Shown here: positions 57,299 through 64,000 of the stretch, in pieces
How positions within the stretch are numbered: the first letter of the stretch is position 1
How the letters are laid out: every line of letters begins with the position of its first letter
From: the human T2T-CHM13v2.0 reference genome, Homo sapiens
Assembly: GCF_009914755.1 (NCBI RefSeq)
Contig: NC_060944.1
Strand: one strand, 5' to 3'
DNA length: 64,000 bases
The notes under the pieces: model-generated
What the model was told of the DNA's origin: nothing
Databases searched by the model: none
Seen by the model: only the letters and a program-made list of their open reading frames with translations
Translations under genes and position numbers: made by a program

Positions 57299-60200
57299 AC
57301 CAATAAAATCTTAACAGTGACAATCCATCACCCGCCAACTGACCTGCTTCAAGTGACAGCACCGCAAGGCCCCCGTGTCCAGACCTCTGTACATAGGAAC
57401 ATGAAACCTGTGTACTTAACAAGATGCTTGGGAGGAATACACAGGATATTATGTACGCTGATCTCACGGATGAGACAATAATTAAAAGGTGACTGAAACT
57501 ACCTTTCCTGTTGGTAAGCAAAAGCTTTCAGCCACAAATAAGGCAACAAGTACCTCTCAGACCGCCCGATGGCCGTCAGTAAGGATGGGGCTGAGAAGTA
57601 GTGTAGATGGAGAGAATCATGTGAATGATATTGATAATATAAGCTCAGTTCTCTTGACCAACCCTTGCATTCTAGAATTAAAGCTAAGATTAGATGATGT
57701 TCAGAAAAACAGCATACAGTACTGCTTTGTGTGGAGGACAGTAATTTTGTGTGTCTGGACTCACATGTATGTTGGTGCAAGCCAAACCTACAGATTTAAA
57801 TGAGGGGTGACAAATGAGTCATGGGTTGATCAGCACATTATAGATTCTCATGGGAATCCAGGGCTATTTTACGTACGTCTCAGTGTCATGGGTGTTTTAA
57901 AGGTGCTCATCACATTACCATCTGCACTTCTGCTGTAGAAAAATGTCATAGCAAGAGGACAGGAGCCATGCTTCACTACTCTGGAGGTGGCAGTTCTCGG
58001 CAATGTCCCCCTTTTCTTGCCTCTTTGCTTAGCTTAGCATTTTCTGGTGCTTAGGGAGTTATAAGAATCCCAGACAGAGAGCATAGCAAATGCCAAATTT
58101 AGAGCTGAAAAAATTACCTTGAGGTTGTGCTTTGACGTGGAAGGCGGATGTGGGATGCTCTTTGCTTTTCTTTTTCTGTCCTTCCTTTTAGACGGGGCAC
58201 TCTTTATTTTTAACCTGTCTAGACTGTGTATAAAGTAGTAAAGGGTCACTGAAGCACAGTTGCAGCATTCACTTGTATCAGTCCATATGTACGTCCCTGG
58301 AAGCTTTGCATTGTGGCAGCACTCAAGCACACACAGGAGCAGAGGATGATGAGTCCCTGGACTCAGCTGGGAGCTGGAAGGGATGGATGCCTCAGTGAAT
58401 TCGGAAATAAATGATGATGCAACAGGACTGCAGATTGCTCAGGGGATTTGGAAATAGCAAAACAGACGGGCAGAGAGAGGTGCCTTTGAGAGCTGGCCCT
58501 GCACTAGAGTATAGGAAACTGGAAGGATGAGTTTATAACCAAAGTCACTAGCACAACTGTGATTCTCCAGAAGCTCCATGGTTTGGGGCCACCTTAACAT
58601 TCATATCTCAGCTCACTGTGCAAGGCCCAACCTCCATCTGGACAGTATCACCCCTCAAGAGCCCACTCCACCCAACCTGAGCTTGTGTTTTCCAGACATG
58701 CCTGCACCCCAAGGCTTCCCCATTACCCCCATTCTGCCATTATCCTCCTTGCCACTTCCCTATGTTCCCAGGCCCATCCCACGTGCAACACTGCTCACCA
58801 CCACCACATGGGGCCTCTGGTCATCCCTTTTTGGTCAAAAGGAAAAGTACAGGAGCTTCCAGGCCATCCTGGAAAGGTTTTCAGGCATAGAAAACACGAA
58901 GAGCAGGTGGGCAATACTTTGTGGTGCTGCCAGGAATCCTAAATACAGGTGAAAACATGGAAATTGCAATTCTCACCCAGCTAATTTTAGACTGACACTG
59001 GTGGGTGGAGAGACGGGGTATCTTGAGGCTCTCCAAGCTCAGTTTTAAAATGATTCTCTGCATTCCTGTGATAATTTTGAATAATTTGGGCCTGGTCTTT
59101 ATAGGCATATAAAATGCTTTGCATTCCTTTGGGAATGTCATACTGAGTGTGAAAACCAAAAGGGATATTGTAAGTGGTCATTCTTCATTCCAGAGCCACC
59201 TGTGTCCACGCAACGATTCCGGATCACCCGCCGTGGGCACTCGGAAGCATGTTTATGCATGTAGCTCTGCACACGGGGGGGCGAGTGCTAATCAGCCAGA
59301 ATGAATGTACTATCCCCATCTCTGATTCCACAGCAGGGTTCCTGAGTCACACACACCACACACAAAAGAAGCTCAGATTTATGCATTGCCTGATTGTTCT
59401 GGTCCTTAAGCTGAGTTTTAGGTAATTGGAAAGGTATCTTGCAAGTAACACTCTCAGCAGGACACAATTTATTATGCATGAAAGTTGAATCGTGAGAAAG
59501 GGAGTTGCCCCAAGTTGGCTGATGAGCTGATGAGTCTGGAGGGAGGCAGAGCCCTTCACGAAGCCATCTGACCTTCTCCCTGCCTGGACCAGGCACTGTG
59601 TATTTGCCCAGATGCATGTAAGTGTTCTTTGCTTGGTGCTGCCCAGGAAGACGGAGATGGATCCACAGGAGGAAGCCAGGCCACTCTCGGCACCTTTGCC
59701 TTGTCAAGAAGGGCTGGGTCTTCTTTGAGGACTTTGCCCTGCTGCAATGACAGGAAATGAGTTGAACTGGCATCTTATTTCCTTAGTCAGAGGGGCATCT
59801 TCTGTCTTCGGCCAGCTCCCAGGCACAATTCCTGGCAGATTCTCTCAAATCTGCTCCCCTAGCTGAACCACGCGATGCTCAGGATATTGCCTCTGAGTGT
59901 TCGCCTTATTTCTGCTGCTGGAACTACTGTTTGCCCACATCCAGGCTCCAAACCACGGCCCACGGCTCCCTCCCCTAGCCCCACCACATTCTCCAGGTTG
60001 TGAATCCCAAACATTCTCTCTCTATGAAGGCTCCTGGCCTCTCCATTCCTCTTTGCTGTCCCTTTGCTCTACTCTGGTTCTCATGACCTGCCTCTTTTTG
60101 GAACCGTTAGACTATTCTTCCAGCTCACGACCTTGTTTTCATACCTCCCTTTTCTCTTGTGTCAGCCAAAGTCCCCAAGTTAATGCTCCTAAGGCAGTAA

Positions 60201-61724
60201 GCTGGTACCTGTCCCCAGCGAAGACTTCAGCGGTTCCTGATTCTCTGCAGAGCTCACTCAGAGCACCTTTGCTGGAGGCTGGTGGCCCTTGCAACTCAGC
60301 TTAGGGCTCTACTTCCAGCACCCCCTCCCACCCATAGCTGGACCATCCTCCCCACGGGGTCTCGGGAGGGTCACACCCTCCCCCTCCCACTCTCTCCTGT
60401 CTTCTGTACTCTGGTATGCCCTTGCCACCCCCACCTTTCATGGCCTCTCCTCCCATGCCACCCCTCCAGGAGCCCCTCCTCAGCCTCTGCCTGGAGGCCT
60501 TCTACCCACAAGCTTCCACTTCTTCCACAGGAAATGGGCCAGGAGCCTCTCCCAGGCCCTTCCTTATGCAGCATGGCTCTGCTGTTCAGTTTTAGCCCAT
60601 GGTGCTGATCTCCTTTGAGCATTCTAAGCTCAAGAATCATAGGGAATCTGGCCAGAGCCCTCTTGTTGTTACTGTCAGATGTGATCCCTGAGAATGGGAT
60701 AATCCTGTAATTCAGGTGTTCTAAAATAAAATACAGGGAACACCAAACCCTGCACTGCTTCCTGTAATTGCATGTCTTAATGAGAGTGTTCCTGACATAT
60801 CCAGTTCCATTGCATAGCTGTGCTGACAGGGACACAGCCACTTAATGGCAAGAGCAAGAAAAATATTGTCCCAGAGAATATCACATAGTTTATGTATCAA
60901 GTTCTCTAAGGTTCTGCGTGATTAGAGGCAAACAATTCAACCTGCCACCATTGTGTGCTGTTCATGAGAAAGGCTGATTCTTTCTACAAATTCTTCATTA
61001 ATTCTCATCACCACTTAGGAGCACGGACGCCTCCCAAGACTTTTCTTTTCTCCAAATAATTCCTCTTTTTTATTTAGATAGGAACAGTGTGACCCTAGCT
61101 GAAGGGGCTGGGAAGATGTCTTTAATTTTTGGACAGGGCTTAACCCTTTGGTACCAGGACAGACATCAGGTGCCCCCGAGTCCTGAGTCTACTTGGGAAT
61201 ATTGTGATGGTCCCTGTTGACATAAACATCCTTGTGCCTTTGTCTTAAAGCAGGAGAAGAAAGCAGTCTGCACTATTATTCATGACGTGGCATCCCAAGC
61301 CGTAAGACTAAAGAATGGCTTTGGCAACAGGACTTAAAACTGATCTTGGCACAACCTTTCATTAACCTGCAAAAGATTAATTTTATTTCCCAGTAACTTA
61401 ACAGAATTCAAAAGCTAGGAGAAAAGGCTTAAAGGAAAGTCAACCTTAGATATGTTTCTAAATATATCTTAACTCAGAAATATTCCCCCTCAGTCCTAGC
61501 ATAGAATTATAATAGCTCTTCATCTTCAAAAAGTGTGCATGAAGGGTTCCAGCTCTTAGTGGTCCATAAACAAATGGTTGCAGGAGTCAAGAACTCAGGG
61601 TCGGAGAGGCTCCTGGATCTAGAAACATCACTGCCAGTCACTCAGGGGCAGGGACAAACCCCAGAGAGGGTCTACCTTAGCAACAGGACACATCCTGTGT
61701 GCCCATCTCAACCACAGGCCATCA

Positions 61725-61900
61725 CATGCTGAGCGCTTCCATGTGCCAGGCACCATGTTGAGTGCTTCATGAGTTCCATCACATGTGTGCCTCCACAACA
61801 CTGATGAGATGGGAAGGAATGCTTTATGGATGAGGAGACTGCGTCTCTGGGAGATGGCACCGTGGGATGGGGTGAAGGCAGGGTGTCAGAGCAGATCCTC
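61725..61900 (-). mobile_element. MIR fragment
   Basis: tgagcgcttccatgtgccaggcacc...ccacaacactgatgag...ggatgaggagactg. Confidence 0.6.
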
Positions 61901-62824
61901 CCAATGCTTGGCTAAACTGCCCACCTGTAAGGCAACCTAGAAGATACCAGACCTCCCTGTTGCTCAGATAAAGGGTCTGGGTGCTTGGGGTTGGAAGTTT
62001 GGAAAGCATCCTGGTGACGGCCATTCCCAGCTATGTGACCCTGGCCAACTTACTCCCTGTCCCAGGGCCTCTGAGATAAGACAGGATGTGGTGAGGCTGC
62101 CAGCTGCTGTGTGTGCTGTATGGGAGCAAGCAAGCCTACTCTGCAAATCAGAGAGAAAGCACCATCCGCACCTGGACAGCCGCTCTCTGTCCTGCCGTCT
62201 CCCTGAACAGAGCTGCATGCCCAGATTTGGTGCAGTCTCCTTGCTGGCCTCACAATCAGCTTTCCATGACACAGACCTGCCCATGGACCCCAGCATGGAA
62301 CCAGGACTGGGCGAGGACTTGCCCTCAACCCACCCGTTGTGCCTAGCTAGACCCCAAGCCTCCTGTGTCCCCCATTGCGGGTCCCAAAGCCACCCGCACC
62401 CCCTGCCTTGGCACCTCCACACAGAGGCTCTCCCTTCATGCTTGCCCTCCTGACCGTGTGCCAGGAACCCCTGCTCAGCCCACACAGAGCCAGCTCCTGC
62501 GGCATCTCCCAGAGCCCTTCTAGACTGACGGCCGCGCCCCTGCAGCTCTTCTCCTGCTACAGTGGGGACTTCAGGGAACATTCCCAGCTTAAATCATGAC
62601 ACCCAAAGGACAAGGGCATAAATGGCATAAATGGGATTTGGAGCCTGAATTTTCTTAGTGTCTAGAGACAGAAGAGGATGGTAATCTAGGGCTTTGCGGG
62701 GAAGCGTGAATGGAGAGGCCATGCTGCCTCCCAGGTAGGGGAGAGAGGCTGTTACCAGTGCTGGGTGAGGCAGACCATGGAGAGCACTCTGATCGCCAGC
62801 GGGGTTGGGCATCACTCTCAGATC

Positions 62825-63127
62825 TTTTGTTCTTTTTGACAGTATCTCTCTCTGTTGCCCAGGTTGGAGTGCAATGGCACTATCACGGCTCATAGCAGCC
62901 TTGCCCTATGGGGCTCAATTGATCCTCCTGCCTCAGCCTCCCAAGTAGCTGGGACTATAGGCACACACCACCATGCCCACCACACCTGGCTAATTTTTAA
63001 ATTTTTTGTAGAGATGCGGTCTCACTATGTTGCTCAGGCTGGTCTTGAACTCTTGGGCTTAAATGATCCTCCCACCTCAGCCTCCCAAATTGCTGGGATT
63101 ACAGGCATGAGCCACTGCACCCAGCCT
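62825..63127 (-). mobile_element. Alu (AluJ-like)
   Basis: Antisense dimer. Confidence 0.9.
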
Positions 63128-63428
63128 CACTCTGAGATATTAATGTGCATGATTAGACTTTTTAGTATTCATGTAATTTGTGGCTTGGTAAGGGAATACA
63201 ATAAATATACTTTTTTGTTTGTTTGTTTGACTGGTTGTTGTAAAGAGTGAAGTAGGGAGGCAACAACCAAGGGAACTGGCTCATCAGAGCACTTTCCCCA
63301 AACCTCCCGTTCTTCAGTGAAAACAGAATCTGAGGGGAACTAACCTAAAGTTGCTAATTTAAGACTCTGGAGTGATCACAGCAATATATTAAATTAGATC
63401 TTAGAAACTGAGACTAGGAAAATCAAAA

Positions 63429-63485
63429 GAAGGAAGGAAGGGAGGGAGGGAGGGAAGGGGAGGGGAGGGGAAAGGAGGGAGGGAG
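63429..63485. repeat. Purine-rich (GGAA/GGAG)n low-complexity tract
   Basis: gaaggaaggaagggagggagggagggaagggg... Confidence 0.9.
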
Positions 63486-64000
63486 TCATATGGGAGGAAT
63501 GAGCTAACCCTCCACACAGATCCTTTTTGGAAGTTGTCAGGGTATAAATAAAACACAAATACTATTAAAGTGCTAATTATTGACAAATTGTTGTCAAGCA
63601 GAAGTCCTGCTTCGCCTATTTAAATGCCTAGGCTATACTTAAAATGTTTATATGCATAAATTAATGTAATTGGTGAATGGAGTATGAAATGAACAGAACT
63701 TAACAATACCTTATAGTTTGGACCAGGTGCAGGGAAACATTCTCAAACATCTGACTTGTCAAATATTTTAAAGCAGCGTTATTGCTTTCAAGCAATTCTG
63801 TTACCTTGCAATTAACAAGCTTATGTTTCAAAGGAGTTCTTTCAGTGGCCTACTTTAATAAGTGAAAGCTAACATTTGAAATTAACAGCCAATTTGTACA
63901 TGTTTGTTGAAATTCTTAAGGACATTAGTATCTTAAGTAGGTTAGGCAGCTTCCTTGCTAATGTTTGAACATCGATGTAATTGGTCCACACAGCATTTTG

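Noticed and set aside
62165-62181. Second RE1-like motif TCCGCACCTGGACAGCC
   Set aside because: 1-nt spacer instead of the canonical 2 nt, and a mismatched left half

Overview
Primate, almost certainly human, genomic DNA; no prokaryotic-type systems are present. The window is intronic sequence around one internal 138-nt coding exon (33678-33815, +). I recognise its peptide as SYNDIG1 (TMEM90B; CD225/dispanin family; chr20p11.21). The rest is transposon-rich intron: a 5.6-kb L1PA3/4-like element (-) nested in an ERV1-class LTR nested in an old L1M, two more solo LTRs of that family, a MER41B-like LTR, a MER61-like LTR, about 12 Alus, older L1/L2/MIR/MER fragments, an 80-bp x3 tandem repeat and a ~0.87-kb 16-bp minisatellite. 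Best second-look items: (1) the L1 5'UTR carries an exact splice junction, so it is a spliced retrotransposed L1 (SpIRE97/622 type), and it still has the 129-bp ZNF93 segment; (2) the minisatellite puts about 10 sense-strand UGCAUG (RBFOX) motifs upstream of a frame-preserving neuronal exon; (3) the MER41B LTR has two intact STAT1 GAS motifs; (4) a CpG/G4-rich patch sits on an ancient L2. I cannot support a wholly new biological system. Repeat subfamily names come from memory of consensus sequences, and most repeat boundaries are approximate.
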